Source of the DNA: Takakia lepidozioides | Lineage: Eukaryota; Plantae; Bryophyta | Direction of reading: 5' to 3' | Length of the DNA: 64,000 nt | NCBI GenBank assembly: GCA_030704615.1 | Contig: CM060732.1 | Span: 17,050,001-17,114,000, forward strand | In this document: in pieces, positions 25,815-39,196 of the stretch | Position numbering within the stretch: position 1 is the first letter of the stretch | Layout: each line of letters opens with the position of its first letter | The notes under the pieces: generated by a model | Seen by the model: the letters and a program-made list of their open reading frames with translations, nothing else | What the model was told of the DNA's origin: nothing | The model's database searches: none | Translations under genes and position numbers: made by a program

Positions 25815-26087
25815 AGCAAAACAGCTGTAGGCATGCATCCGCACTTTTTAGTGGACATGTTTATATTTTTGTACTGAAGTAATATCAATGTGATCATTGT
25901 CACTATGAGTATTTGTATTGCTGTTGTGTATGTGTTGGAAAATAAAATATGTTGCCCATATGTATACCAGCCAAAATGTCGGCCAAATGCACCGTCACTT
26001 GCTCATGTTTGTGTTCGGTGATTTGCTTGTGGAATGGAGAACAATTGTGCCATGCTTCCAACTGTGCATTTTTTATTTATTTAAATG

Positions 26088-27127
26088 GACCGACCGCCAA
26101 GGTGGCGGTCGCTTCTACTAAGTGTGACCTGCGCATGGAGCGAGGAGTGAGGCGGGGGGGAGGATGGCATATAAGCTCCGGGACATTCTCCCCTCACTTC
26201 GCTTGAAGTTTTTTTTTGTTTTTATAAATGGAGCGACCGCCATTACTGGCGGTCGCTTTTATTTTTTATTTTTTGGAAATGGGGCGACCGCCATTACTGG
26301 CGGTCACTTTTATTTTAATTATTTTGGAAATGAAGCGACCGCCTATGTTGGCGGTCACTTTTTTTTTTTTAAGTTTTTGAAAATGAAGCGACCGCCTATG
26401 TTGGCGGTCGCTTATTTATTCTGAATGTTTTGAAAATGAAGCGACCGCCTATGATGGCAGTCGTTTTTTTTTTATTTTTTTTTATTTTTAATGAAGCGAC
26501 CGCCTATATTGGCGGTCGCTTATTTATTTTAAATGTTTTGAAAATGAAGCGACCGCCTATGCTGGCGGTCGCTTATTTTTTTTATTTTTTTTTTAATGAA
26601 GCGACCGCCTATGTTGGCGGTCGCTTAATTATTTTAAATGTTTTGAAAATGAAGCAACCGCCTATGCTGGCGGTCGCTTTTTTATTTTAAATGTTTTGAA
26701 AATGAAGCGACCGCCTATGTTGGCGGTCGCTTATATATTTTAAATGTTTTGAAAATGAAGCGACCGCCTATGCTGGCAGTCGTTTTTCTTTTTTCTTTTT
26801 TTTAAATGAAGCGACCGCCTATGTTGGGGGTCGCTTATTTATTCTAAATGTTTTGAAAATGAAGCGACCGCCAATGCTGGCGGTCGCTTATTTTTTTTTA
26901 ATTTTTTTAAAATGAAGCGACCGCCAATGTTGGCGGTCGCTTATTTTTTTTTAATTTTCTTAAATGAAGCGACAGCCTATGTTGGCGTGCAGAAAATGGA
27001 GCAACTGCCTGTTGTGGCGGTCGGGTTTTTTTTTTTTTCCCGGAAAATGGAGCGACCGCCAGTTCTGGCGGTCGCTTATTTTTTTATTTTCTAGAAAATC
27101 GAGCGACCGCCAAGTTGGCGGTCGCTT
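26088..27127. repeat. Second GCGACCGCC palindrome array
   Basis: About 19 units of ~55 bp, followed by a G-tract and TATAAA at 27184. Confidence 0.95.
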
Positions 27128-27504
27128 CTAGAAGATTCGCCCTGCACGTGGCTTGAGAAATGAGGGCGGGGGGGGGGGGGGGATATAAACTAAGAGAGGC
27201 TTATTCTCCCCTTACTTCCTCTTCACACAACTTCTGTGTGCGTGGCATTTCATTATTCCACGACACGTAGTCACGTGGAAAATGAGACCATTGGTTGGGT
27301 GGGGGGTAATTTTTGCCGCGATTTCTGTGAGGTCGTTGCAGAATGCTCCCATAGGCCCTCCTCGGGCTTCCAGGATCATTTTATTCTACAAAATTAGCTT
27401 TTATGAAGTATTTTGAGACCTACTCAAACCTACTTAACGGGGGAAGGATTTAGAGTTACGTCTTTTTAGAAAACCTCGTTTAGTGTTGCTCCGATTGTTG
27501 TAGA

Positions 27505-29843
27505 ATGGCAGAGGGCCAGGACGATGACCGTCATGGAAGAGATGACCCCAATGAACATGGACCGCCTCGTAAGAAAATCAAAGGGTCAAGGCAAGACTTG
27601 AATTGGGAAGTATTTGGTGACCCTAGCATACTAGCAGAAGAGGGCTGGGAGGATGTTCCGGAAGAGTTCCAGTGGCCGATGACGAGATGCAAAAAATTTG
27701 TGAAATGGTACCACATCAATCGATTGTGGCCTTTGGATAGCATGACGTGTAAATCCGAAACAATTACGCAGAGTCCAGGTCTTGCACGAACGATCATTTC
27801 CAGCATAGGGCGAATGAGGTGCATTGCACATTGTGGGGTCAACCTCTCTTAAAGGATCAAATCCCGTACACCTTGGCAGCCATGTTGTACGTGGAGGTCA
27901 TACTCTTGCGTCCAGTGAATTGGCAAACTGCTAGTAGGAGGAACGCAAGGTTGCTATACGATTTGGAGTACATCCCTGACACGTTCAGAATACAACCGGC
28001 TGCAACGTTAGAGGAACAACTGGCGGAAAGAGATCAGCGAATCAGGACCCTGCAGGACCGACTAGACTGACAAACACTGCGCATAGCCGAGTTGGAAGCT
28101 ACATTGCAAGAGATGCCTCCAAACAATGAAGGCACTGTTGTCCACAATGAGGATCGAACAAACGTCGTGGACATGGACGCGGAGTTTGCGATGCCCGATC
28201 GCAGTATTGATCTCATCATTCAGGAAGTTACGGACGTCCTTGCCCCTGTGGCCGATGAAACCATGGTTGAGGAACAACAAATTGCGGATGAGAGAATGAG
28301 GAAAGGAAAAGAACTAGTACTGGAAACCGGGGAATGCTCGAGGGTCGCCATTCAATCGGAGATGAACCCGATATTAGATGTCGACCGCGTTACAAAGGAG
28401 CGAGACATTGCCATGGCAACTGCATGGCGCTTGTCCAAAACGCTGGAGATTCAGGCATGGGTCCTATTGAATGGCGATTGGGAGAATTGGGTATAATGGG
28501 CAACCCATTTGGCCTCCAGAGAAGCACGGGTAGAGCGTGCACTGTCAGGCTTGCAACGTGTCACACGCATGTCGAACCGTAGCGTGGATAGCATTTATGC
28601 CAACATGCAAAGGTATAACAATCTCCGCATCGCATCAAGCGTGTTCGCCGAGTATACCAATTGGGCAGATGTGGAATCTATGTTCGATTGATGTGAGCAC
28701 AGAATTTCGGTGTCGAACATAAGCATAAACTGGGAATTGGAGATAGAGGAAGAGTGGGACACCACAAGAAGGATGACCAGCCACATCAAACCGGCCCAGA
28801 TGGAGGAGATACCACGAGGCGTTTTGCCGTCATGGATATCAGATGGCACAGTTTGTTCGATGTGTAGGAATCCATACGGCCCAGAGGGATGTCATGTGCT
28901 TGGATCATGTGGACATATATTCCATCTCACATGTCTTATCCCGCAAGCCTTGCGGACGAGCGATTGCCCAGAATGCCGTACACCAATCCATCGCCGTTTC
29001 TATGAGCTGGTGGGCTTGGATGATCGGATGCCCATAGGTTTTGAATACAATCGACACAACCTCCCATTGGATGGGCTACCATACATATTTCTGAATTGTG
29101 TGCATTGGGGCAAGAACTTGGTATGGGATGCAGACAGAGAGATGCATGGCATACATGCTGGAAACCCGGCATACATCAAAGATCCCCAGTATTTTTGGGT
29201 CACATCTGATTGGGAGATAACCATACATGCGGGAGATATTCAAGATTGGTGGGAAAGAGAGCAGTTTTGCCGCAATTTGGGAGGGCATTGGAGTCAAAGA
29301 AGATCCAGGTTTATCCGGCTCCCACAGGTTCCATGGGTGCTGGAGGAGAACGAATTGTATGACCGACAACCGATTGGGAGACATTTGTTGCTGTCCGAAC
29401 TGGAAGATGCTATAATATGTCAACGCCGAATGAATGATGCGTACGAGGTGGCTTATCATCGAAACAACACAATGATTAGGGACAGGGCCCGCGAGATGCA
29501 GTTGGAAAGTTTGAAAAGTACCATCAAGGCAGTTGTAGAGAAATGGAGGCGATTATGGACAGACCGTTATCATCGTGTTTCGGGGGCTGTATTGCCGGAT
29601 GTGGACGGCCTCGTTGCCGATTTGCATGCAGCCCGAGCACTTGTTCTCGATCCACCTCCGCCACGTCGTGAGGGTGAAGAAGAAAGTCAACTTTCGCCGC
29701 GAAGTAGGCGGATGCAGGCCAGAATTGATCACATGCCATTGGGCCCCTCTTTGACCATGAGATCACGGTCGCAAGCTCTGGCAATTGGCAGTGCAAATCA
29801 AGCCACAATTGCACATCCTCGGACAGTGACGACTAGGCTTTGA
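27505..29843 (+). pseudogene. ~780-aa cargo gene with coiled coil and RING-H2 finger
   Basis: The ORFs at 27819, 28092, 28509 and 28710 share one frame broken by three stops, with one frameshift near 27810. RING motif: CSMC..CGHIFHLTC..CPEC. Confidence 0.75.
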
Positions 29844-30284
29844 ATGACTGGCAGCATAGTACATATACAATATGCATTTTTGTTGTACCTTGAATATTGT
29901 TGGAAAACACAGTGATGGCATTCCGCCAAGTTTGTATATCACCAATTTTGTTAATACACAATGCACATGTGCGGCACCTGCCAATTTCAATTGCATGAGC
30001 AGCGTTTTCTTCACATTTACACTCGTGTGATGGGGAAGAAGTAGTTCACCCTATAAACAAATTTACAATGGTGTCATATTTGGTCATGCCGTGTATATGG
30101 ATATTTGCAATGAACTCCGAAAGCTGGAGAACAAGGAAAATTGATGTTAACAAATAAGTTATAACGAGTTACGAACGGTCCTCTTCCAAACAAATTTCGC
30201 CTAGTCCCTGCATATTTCGTAATCATTTCGCAAAATCTATGATCTTTCTACGAACATACCCACAAAGTTCTCAAAGCACAAAAT

Positions 30285-32720
30285 AATTTCGATTGATCTC
30301 ATATTACATTGGGACGTATCAGAGGGTACATTGAACACACTGGCCAAGTTTCAAAGCGAACGAAAATCATTTGGATGGGCAACCATCCGTTGGCCCATTG
30401 AACGAATTTCGATTGATCTCATATTACTCTGGGGCCTCTTACATGGCACATTAAACATAGTGGCCAAGTCTCAAAGCGAACCAAAATCATTTCGATGGCC
30501 AACCATCCGTTGAGCCATCGAATGAATTTCGATTGATCTGATATTAGTCCGAGACCTGTGAGAGGGTGTCTAGAACGTGCTGGCAAAGTTTGGAAGCTAA
30601 CAAAAATGATTTGGATTGGCAACCATACATTCACCCGTTGAATGTATTATGTTGGAGGTGGTATTGCTTTGGGGACCTGTTGGACTGTGTTTCATGTGCT
30701 CACAATTTTTTTTTCATTCGGTTTTTCAATGGGGCGTGTAATGTAGCCATATGCAACGTGCGTGCCAAATTTGGGAGCGATCAAAATTCATTTGGACCCA
30801 AAACGACAGTTTCTTCCCTGTTTTGCACTCCAAACTAGATTTGTGTTCTATTTCATGCACTCTTCATAGAAAGTTTTGCAATAAAGAGCGAAAGAGAACA
30901 ACTTTTTTTTTTGGGAATTTTTTATTGGTCCAAATTTTGGCGGGGGAGTAGCCGTGGGATGCTGGAAGCCGCAGAACAAAATTAAGCCAAAAACAAAATC
31001 GATACGTGCCAGAAACCCCCACTGAAAGGCAGTGCAAACCTATTTATTGGCTTAAAATAAATTGAAATTCAATTAAATTGTGGAATGGCTTGAGGGGGAG
31101 CGCGTCGATGGGGAGGCAAATGATATATTCGTCTGTTGTGTCTCCGCACATGTGTCGCACACATGTTCAAGCACGTGCGGGCAAAAGAGGGGTTTCAACC
31201 ACATCCGTTCAGTGGGTGCAATAGCCGTGCACGCATTGCAGGATTTCTTTTTCGCATTGAACAAAAACCAGATGACAAGTGAACGCCTCATTGGACAATC
31301 GAACGATTTTCGATTGATCTCGTATTAAACTGGGACGTATCAGAGGGTACATTGAACACATTGGCCAAGTTTCAAAGCGAACGAAAATCATTTGGATGGG
31401 CAACCATCCGTTGGCCCAATGAACGAATTTCGATTGATCTCATATTACTCTGGGGCCTCTTACATGGCACATTGAACATAGTGACCAAGTCTCAAAGCGA
31501 ATCAAAATCATTTCGATGGCCAACCATCCGTTGAGCCATCGAATGAATTTCGATTAATCTGATATTAGTCTGGGACTTGTGAGAGAGTGTTTGGAACGTG
31601 CTGGCAAAGTTTGGAAGCTAACAAAAATGATTTGGATGGGCAACCATCCATTCACCCGTTGAATGTATTATGTTGGAGGTGGTATTGCTTTGGGGACCTG
31701 TTGGACTGTGTTTCGTGTGCTCACAATTTTTTTTTCATTCGGTTTTTGAATGGGGTGTGTAATGTAGCCATATGCAACGTGCGTGCCAAATTTGGGAGCG
31801 ATCAAAATTCATTTGGACCCAAAACGACAGTTTCTTCCCTGTTTTGCACTCCAAACTAGATTTGTGTTCTACTTCATGCACTCTTCATCGAAAGGTTTGC
31901 AATAGTGAGCGAAGAGAACACTTTTTTTTGGGGGAATTTTTTATTGGTCCAAATTTTGGCGGGGGAGTAGCCGTGGGATGCTGGAAGCCGCAGAACAAAA
32001 TTGAGCCAAAAACAAAATCGATACGTGCCAGAAACCCCCACTGAAAGGCAGTGCAAACCTATTTATTGGCTTAAAATAAATTGAAATTCAATTAAATTGT
32101 GGAATGGCTTGAGGGGGGAGTGCGTCGATGGGGAGGCAAATGATATATTCGTCTGTTGTGTCTCCGCACATGTGTTGCACACATGTTCAAGCACATGCGG
32201 GCAAAAGAGGGGCTTCAACCACATCCGTTCAATGGGTGCAATAGCCGTGCACGCATTGCAGGATTTCTTTTTCGCATTGAACAAAAACCAGATGACAAGT
32301 GAACGCCTCATTGGACAATCGAACGATTTTCGATTGATCTCGTATTACACTGGGACGTATCAGAGGGTACATTGAACACACTGGCCAAGTTTCAAAGCGA
32401 ACAAAAATCATTTGGATGGGCAACCATCCGTTGGCCCATTGAACAAATTTCGATTGATCTCATATTACTCTGGGGCCTCTTACATGGCACATTGAACATA
32501 ATGGCCAAGTCTCAAAGCAAAACAAAATCATTTCGATGGCCAACCATCCGTTGAGCCATCGAATGAATTTCGATTGATCTGATATTAGTCCGAGACTTGA
32601 TACATGGTATGTTGAACATAGTGGCAAAGATTGAAAGCAAACGAAAATCATTTGGATGGGCAACCATTCAATCGCCCATTGAATGAATGGGGTTTTGTCT
32701 TTGATTATACTGGGACCTGT
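30285..32720 (+). repeat. ~1.02-kb tandem repeat (about 2.4 copies), each containing ~120-bp subunits
   Basis: Near-identical ORFs recur at 30331/31352/32372, 30566/31587 and 31073/32063. Confidence 0.95.
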
Positions 32721-32742
32721 TATATGGTATGCCCTTTGAAGC

Positions 32743-34312
32743 TCTTTTTGTAGTGTCTCCTGCCTCGTAATGCGGTGATTCTCCATGTCCACTTTATCCA
32801 ATATGTTAATATTCTCCACCTGGAACAGATCCACATATGTGTGCAGAAATCCTTAAAGAACAAATGACCATCTCAACTTTTATAAGCCTCATCCCCAGCT
32901 TCCAGTTTTGATGGTCATTTGGTTTTTTAAGTTTTATACGCATGTGTGGATATGTTCCAGATGAAAGATATTAACATTTGAAAAATAAGAGTTGGAGAAA
33001 CACCTCATTACGAAGCAAAAGACATTACAAAAGACCTCAGCATGTTGAACATCTGGATAAAGAACTTTGCCCATCGTCACTTCAAAGTTCTAGCGCTTCT
33101 GAAATGATCACATGTTTGTTGGTGGAAGCAGATCTCGTAGGCCACATTGATCTCGTACCCATCAAAGACTCTCGTAGGCCACATGGAACGGTTCATGTGA
33201 TACATTTTCACAAATGCGATGTGATACATTTGTGAAATGATATCACATCAACCGTTTAATGTGGCCAATGCACGTCTTCCGCACCATGGCGGAAATGTTC
33301 GCCACTTGAAAACACAAACACAAATAATCCGTGTAAACAATATCAAGAATCATATGTACTGCAAGGTGTTTCATACTGCCGATGTTCATGTAGCAGAATT
33401 ATTTAGGAATCGTTTTGCTATTCCCATGCCAACAACATCAGGTCCACTGCGACTGCCATATTCCGAATTCCGTATCAGCCACCACGGACATGAAACCAGG
33501 AACTTTGCACAAAATCTCCAATTCATTCAATTTATGGTGGGCCATGGTTGCAGCTTGCAAGCTGGTCGGGGTGGCTGATACGTCCGTTTGAACATGACAG
33601 TCTCAGATGATGTTGGCATGGGAATAGCAAAAAGAGTACTACAGAATTCAGCTAGAGGAACAATAATAGCATGAAACACCTTACCGTAAATATGATTGTT
33701 GACATTGGTTGTGACAGCTCCAATCAATAGAGAACTCGCACCATCAGTTGCGCTCCAACAGCAGTACCGGTCCCCCGAGTAAATAAAATTCCGTTGTAAA
33801 TAATAAATTGCATATGCTCGAACCTCACAAATGTCATTTCAACAAAACCAGCCGTGTATTGTGGCACTGTTTGTAACTGCGAATGTTTCAATGTTTCTGA
33901 CAGGGTACTGAGAAAATGATATATTGGATCCATAGGAGTTGGACAACAAACGTTCCATATCTCATTCAACTGTGCGATACTACCATGAGTGGCATGGGTA
34001 AAAAAGTAATAGGTGTACATGCGACCTCCGCATGTTTAAGTAGAGACCTAGTATCAAACGTTCGGAGGTCGCATATGCACCTATTACTTTCCGATCCATG
34101 CTTCTCATGGTAGTGTCGCACAGTTGAATGAGAGGAGACGTTTGTTGTCTAACTCATACGAAACTAATACATCGTTTTCTCATAACCCTATCCGAAACCT
34201 TGGAACATTACAAATATAAACAGTGAGCCAGTACTCAAACCATTTATGTTGCGATGACAGGTGCCAGGGTCAAGCATATGCAATGTAGTATTTACAATGG
34301 GACTTTATTTAT
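32743..34312. repeat. Four consecutive, mutually unrelated imperfect fold-backs
   Basis: Arms pair across 32743-33034, 33177-33266, 33348-33697 and 33779-34312. Confidence 0.85.
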
Positions 34313-34394
34313 TACATGCACGATCAAAATTGAGTTATGTCTTCATAAAAGAACCATTGTACCGCCAGAAATGTCATATCTACGAGACTATGGT

Positions 34395-35516
34395 CTACTC
34401 CGTCCTATATACGTCTTTTGGCTCAGGCCAATTGAATGGCTTGCCCATGAACCGAAGTACTACATGGGCTAATGTGACTCTCTCATTCTTGTTGTTGTCG
34501 TACAACCTTTGTAGCATTGAATGCCAACAACCTCTCGTAAATTGGTCCTGGAACATACTTTGATCATAATGAACGCCGCCATTTATTCGTACCGCTATCT
34601 TCCCAACGGCAAAGGCCTCCGACGTCATGTCCTGGGGGAGGGGGGGGGGGGTGACATTCGCATTGAAAACCGATGTAATATCTTTTTCCACCCACCATCT
34701 TTTTGCGAGTTCCCGGTCCAGCTTGTCTTGGTTTTCAAACTGGTACGGCGAGGCTTTGCGTATGCCCAATGGGGTGGCTAAGCCCCAATCACACACCCCA
34801 ATCTTGATCTCCTCGGTGCCATCTGGAAAATGCAACAAGATGTTGTCGGGGGACAAGTCGTTGTGCATGACACCGTTCTTGTGGACAACATCCATGAGGC
34901 ACACCAGTGCCCATGCAAGTTTACTGCGCATTTTCCGGAAACGAAGCAAGCGATCACATTCCTGGAACTCTGCTTCCGTTCCCCTTTGTTCCAAAATCAC
35001 CTTGTTGTCCGAATCGTTGCCCCATTTTTTGTCAAGGTTCATCATGTCGCGTATTGTCCCCCCATTCCACCAGCAAGTGTAACCCTCTACCTCACGTGCA
35101 TTCACAGCAAAATACGACATAACACCCGGATGCTGGAACTTCACTGCCAAACACTCGTCGTTATGTTGTCTCAACGTCTTTTCTGGATCTTTGGACTTGG
35201 GTTTTTTTCCCGCTAGCTCCCAACGCTCCGGTATTCTAGAATCGCCAACAATCCTACAGTGATGGACCTTAGCATACCCTCCTTCTTTGTAAGGGCCAAT
35301 CTCTACCACCTTCGCACTAGAGTTCAGGTAATAAAGACCAGTTGTGCCTCCCCCGCCCGATGACCCCGCCTTCCAAGGGACAACCCTAGTCCGGCGATGT
35401 GATTTCTGACTTGCCAAACAAGCCCAATACTCAACACGCCGCATTAACTCGGCTTCGGCGGAGGGCACTCGACCCTCGGTTGTTCTACCCTTCCATGTCT
35501 TCATTAGCTGCCTCAA
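34395..35516 (-). CDS. Protein kinase (divergent Ser/Thr kinase fold)
   Basis: EGGYAKV Gly loop, LAGKK, HPGV, MHNDLSPDNILL, CDWGLA. The ORF is uninterrupted; the start is uncertain. Confidence 0.85.
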   Translation of the reverse strand: MRQLMKTWKGRTTEGRVPSAEAELMRRVEYWACLASQKSHRRTRVVPWKAGSSGGGGTTGLYYLNSSAKVVEIGPYKEGGYAKVHHCRIVGDSRIPERWELAGKKPKSKDPEKTLRQHNDECLAVKFQHPGVMSYFAVNAREVEGYTCWWNGGTIRDMMNLDKKWGNDSDNKVILEQRGTEAEFQECDRLLRFRKMRSKLAWALVCLMDVVHKNGVMHNDLSPDNILLHFPDGTEEIKIGVCDWGLATPLGIRKASPYQFENQDKLDRELAKRWWVEKDITSVFNANVTPPPLPQDMTSEAFAVGKIAVRINGGVHYDQSMFQDQFTRGCWHSMLQRLYDNNKNERVTLAHVVLRFMGKPFNWPEPKDVYRTE

Positions 35517-36269
35517 ATTCCACGTGGCGTCTTTCGCCCTGCTTTGGATCCACCGATTGAACTTCGGCTTGTCCCTGTCCGCCGTCCACGGGGGGTGCTA
35601 TTCTGTGAGCCCAGCACAGGCTCACGCCACGTCAGCATGCATACAGGGCCTATTTCCGCGGGTGTCACCTTTTACCGCGGGTTGATAAGCCATTTCCAGG
35701 GAATGCAGACTAGATGTGTTACATCCATTATATCCATCCTTTCTATCCATTGCATCAATTTGGACAATATCAACATACCAAGCCCCTGCATTGGAATGTG
35801 TCTACGTCGTGAGTAGGTGCACACTCACATCATCCAAAGCGGATCCCTGCGAAATCTTTTCTTACTCACCACCCTTGCGTACATGCCAGGTATGTGCGGG
35901 AGCATCATGGATGCTCACCAGAATTGAGAATGCCTGAACGCTCTTTGATCACGTGGACTTTATCATGATGGATTTACCAAGCATTCTTCTAGCAGGAATG
36001 GTTTGGAGACCAACGAGCAAATGATGCGAGAATGCTTTACCCGAACCAAAGACGTTTGTTTGTTTTGCAATGCACACAAGCCTGTAGGCTCCGCAAAACA
36101 CTAAATAGATTGAAGGAACAATCCGGGCAGTCCATGCAACCCCCATCTCCAATGATAGTTTGTTCCCATGAATTTACATCCCATGCACACATTGCAAACA
36201 TGACAACAAGGACACACAACCATCCCATTTCAAAATTGGCCCCAAATGAAAGCAAAAGAAAACTTCATA

Positions 36270-37597
36270 TCAAGTGTTATAGTCATCAGAATCAGTATCG
36301 ACCTCCTGTGCTATGTCATCCACAAAGATTCCGGCCCCAACACCACGTCTTCTACCACGGCCGTCGATGGTTGGACTGCGAGTGCCATGAATGGTCATGC
36401 TTGCTGCGAGTGCCTCCGCATAGACAGGTAGGACGTAAGACTGAGGAGGACTTGAAAGAAGTCCAAAAAGGTGTGATAGCCCTGGAGGGTCAGTGGAAGC
36501 ACGCGGACTCCTGCACAAGTGGACAAAAACCAATTTTGAACACAATGATGCAATGCACAAGTCCAACGAAGAGGATATATCCCATGTGCACTTTGCCTTA
36601 AGAACAGTGATTCTGGGTATTGAAACAACAATGCAAGCATCCACAGGTTGAACTTACTCACAGGCAAAGTCGTCATCCAGCTCTTTGTCGGAAGTCTCCC
36701 CTGTATGAATATCAGCGGATAGGGGCTTCGGAAGGACTTAAGAAGTGTGTCCACCCAAACCCATCAGGAGGTTCTTGTAAATCTTGGCATCCCCTTCAAT
36801 CCCAAAGAGATGTCGCGCACTGGCCTTGCAAACGTGGTAGGAGGCACCTACAGTGGAATACAATGAAGGAAATAGACATTGAAGACACATTTGGAACGGT
36901 GGGAAGAGCTGAAAGTGCAAGGTCAAACAAACCTCACGAAATGTGAATATTGAAGAGACGAACCTGTGCCCATTGACAAATCCAGACCTCTGGCATCTGT
37001 GTAGGTGCAGCACTCCACAATCGTCTGAATGAAAGCCGGGCTCCTCTCCCTGGCCCCTCTCTAAGGAACCCCATTCCCCCTTCGCAAGCACACGTTGCTG
37101 TCCACGTAGTTGTGGTGCATGTCATCCGTGGGAGGATCTGTCCTCTTGTCTATGAACTTGCCCCCATGAGTGATGGCAAACTCCCTAATGACGGCTGGAA
37201 TCGTAGGTGGATGCACTCGGACGAGACAAACAGCTTCAAACAAACGAGTCTGCGAACAGGACATACACAAGGAACTAAGAAGCTTGAAAACCAGGCCCCT
37301 ACATATTCATTTGACCGACTTATGCAACTCCATCCGAGAACCACCAAGAAGAGGAATAAGAAGGCAAATTTACCATCTCTCCGGGACGATCCCCCTTCGT
37401 TAGGTACATGTTGTTCACACAATTCCATGTCTTCACGACCCTCATACCGGAGGCTTTCAAATAGCTGGCAAGTGCACGGCGACAGCAAAGGTCGATGGAC
37501 TGGATGAGCACCAAAACACTTGCATCGGACAGAAAGAAATTGCAAAAGGAGAAAATCCACCGCCAGTAGCGCTCATCAAAAGCATTCCAACCTGGAC
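36270..37597 (-). pseudogene. C-terminal exons of an N4C/N6A (beta-class) DNA methyltransferase domain
   Basis: Exons 37597-37374, 37249-36964 and 36847 onward (GT-AG introns) give ERSPAFIQTIVECCTYTDARGLDLSMGTGASYHVCKASARHLFGIEGD, matching motifs X/I/II of amino-MTases. Confidence 0.7.
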
Positions 37598-38842
37598 AAA
37601 GCACCAACTAGATACAGGTCATTCTTGAGGGGTGGCCTTGGAGGCAAAGGCCCGGACAGGAGTGAGTTGATGTTACAAGCAGCCAGAAGATCGGGGGATC
37701 CCAGCAAAATAGTGCGGGCAGTGAGCATATGTGCAGATGGCACCCCTCTCGTGGGAAGAGTTCCCCATCTGGAAGGCAAAGAGAGATTCAGGTCTTGCAA
37801 ACGGAAATTGGATACCCCTCCCGGATCAGATGCAGATTCCCATAGGGCGGACAGGGACAACTTCTCGACGCCACATGTTCCCTTGGATCAGAGATGGAAT
37901 TGCGGAACATCCACAGGTGAGGGCCATTCTGCCCCAGACCGGACCCCTGCATCAAGCACTGTCTTTGCAATGGTTGAAGACCAGAACGTGGTGCCGCATG
38001 TAATAGAGTCCATATGCTTGGACGAGGTTTGGTATATAGAACGTACAAGTGCTGGATCGCGTGTGAAATGCGCGGCGATCAGGGCCACCAATCATGAAAA
38101 ATGTACATCATTAATATCCAGAGGGAAAGAACGCATTGCAGCTCCTACATTCACTGGTTTGTTTCTCCCTTACGGCCAAGGAGAGGCAAAGAACCACAAG
38201 TTCTGGTTTTTCGCTGACGATTGGGGGAGATGTGTGCGTGGGACAATGAGGCCCTCTGTGGTGAGGAAGCCTACTCCACCAACCGTGTGGCCTGTGAAGA
38301 TGGGCACAAGTCTCATTCACCAAGAGATCGCAATGCTGGAAGAGGCGGGTTTCTCCCTAGCCAGACATTCCATTACACGTGAAGGTGCTTCAAGTACAAG
38401 CGGTTCACGGGTACCTCCGCCTGACGCTCACTTGTGGCCAACCAGACGGAATGGGAAGCTGGTTCGACGATTCCCTCCAACCGCATAACACTATGGCAAA
38501 ATCGAGTCCGCGAGAATGCTTCACGCTCGTGTTGCGGGAACAATGGAAGTGCCTGATCCAGGGTATGGTCGGGTCTTCACCATGATCTCATCCGCATCTG
38601 CGCTGCAGGACAAGACGTACGACATCACTGTTTCCGATTTTCCCAATTGTACCTGTCCTGATTTTGTTGGTATGCTTTCAAGTAGTTTGGGAAAGAGAGG
38701 GAGGTTCATACCGTGCAAACACCTTTACTTCGTCTTCTTGAGAAAGATAGTTTGTGATCCAAAGCGAGACTTCTTCATTCACCAAGCCACTATGAGTTTC
38801 AACGAAGTCAAGACACTTCTACAGCGGGATACAAGCCCATAG
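37598..38842 (+). pseudogene. MULE transposase C, C-terminal part with SWIM finger (displaced by inversion)
   Basis: Homologous to 41378-42640. SWIM motif: FPNCTCPDF...PCKHLY. Confidence 0.85.
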
Positions 38843-39046
38843 AAAGCATGCACTTGACACTCCGAAATCTGTGTTTACCTTGGCTACAACTTGTAATGGA
38901 ATGATTGTTCAAGTCCAGTGTCTCTCAATGTATGTCGTCTAACATCTTTGCTATGCGTGGGTCAATGCATTTGTCGCATTGGTTTGTCATTCTATTTTCA
39001 TTAGCAAGCACAAGAAACTACCTTCAGATAGACAGATGATCAAATC

Positions 39047-39196
39047 AACCTCGTGTTAACACGAGGTTTACTTGGAGTTTTCCAAATCCCCCTTGTGCCG
39101 ACACGATGTTGATTTTAGTTCCAGGAAAACAACCTCGTGTTAACACGACGTTCATTTCAGTTCTAGGAAATGAAGCTCCTGTTAATATAAGGTTGA
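39047..39196. repeat. AACCTCGTGTTAACACGAGGTT-type palindromes (3-4 copies)
   Basis: A perfect 22-bp palindrome at 39047-39068, followed by degenerate copies. Confidence 0.85.

Noticed and set aside
21227-27094. Short ORFs such as MKRPPMLAVA and LAVALAVAL, and likewise MRQRTLFEP at 45 kb
   Set aside because: They are translations of tandem palindromic repeats.
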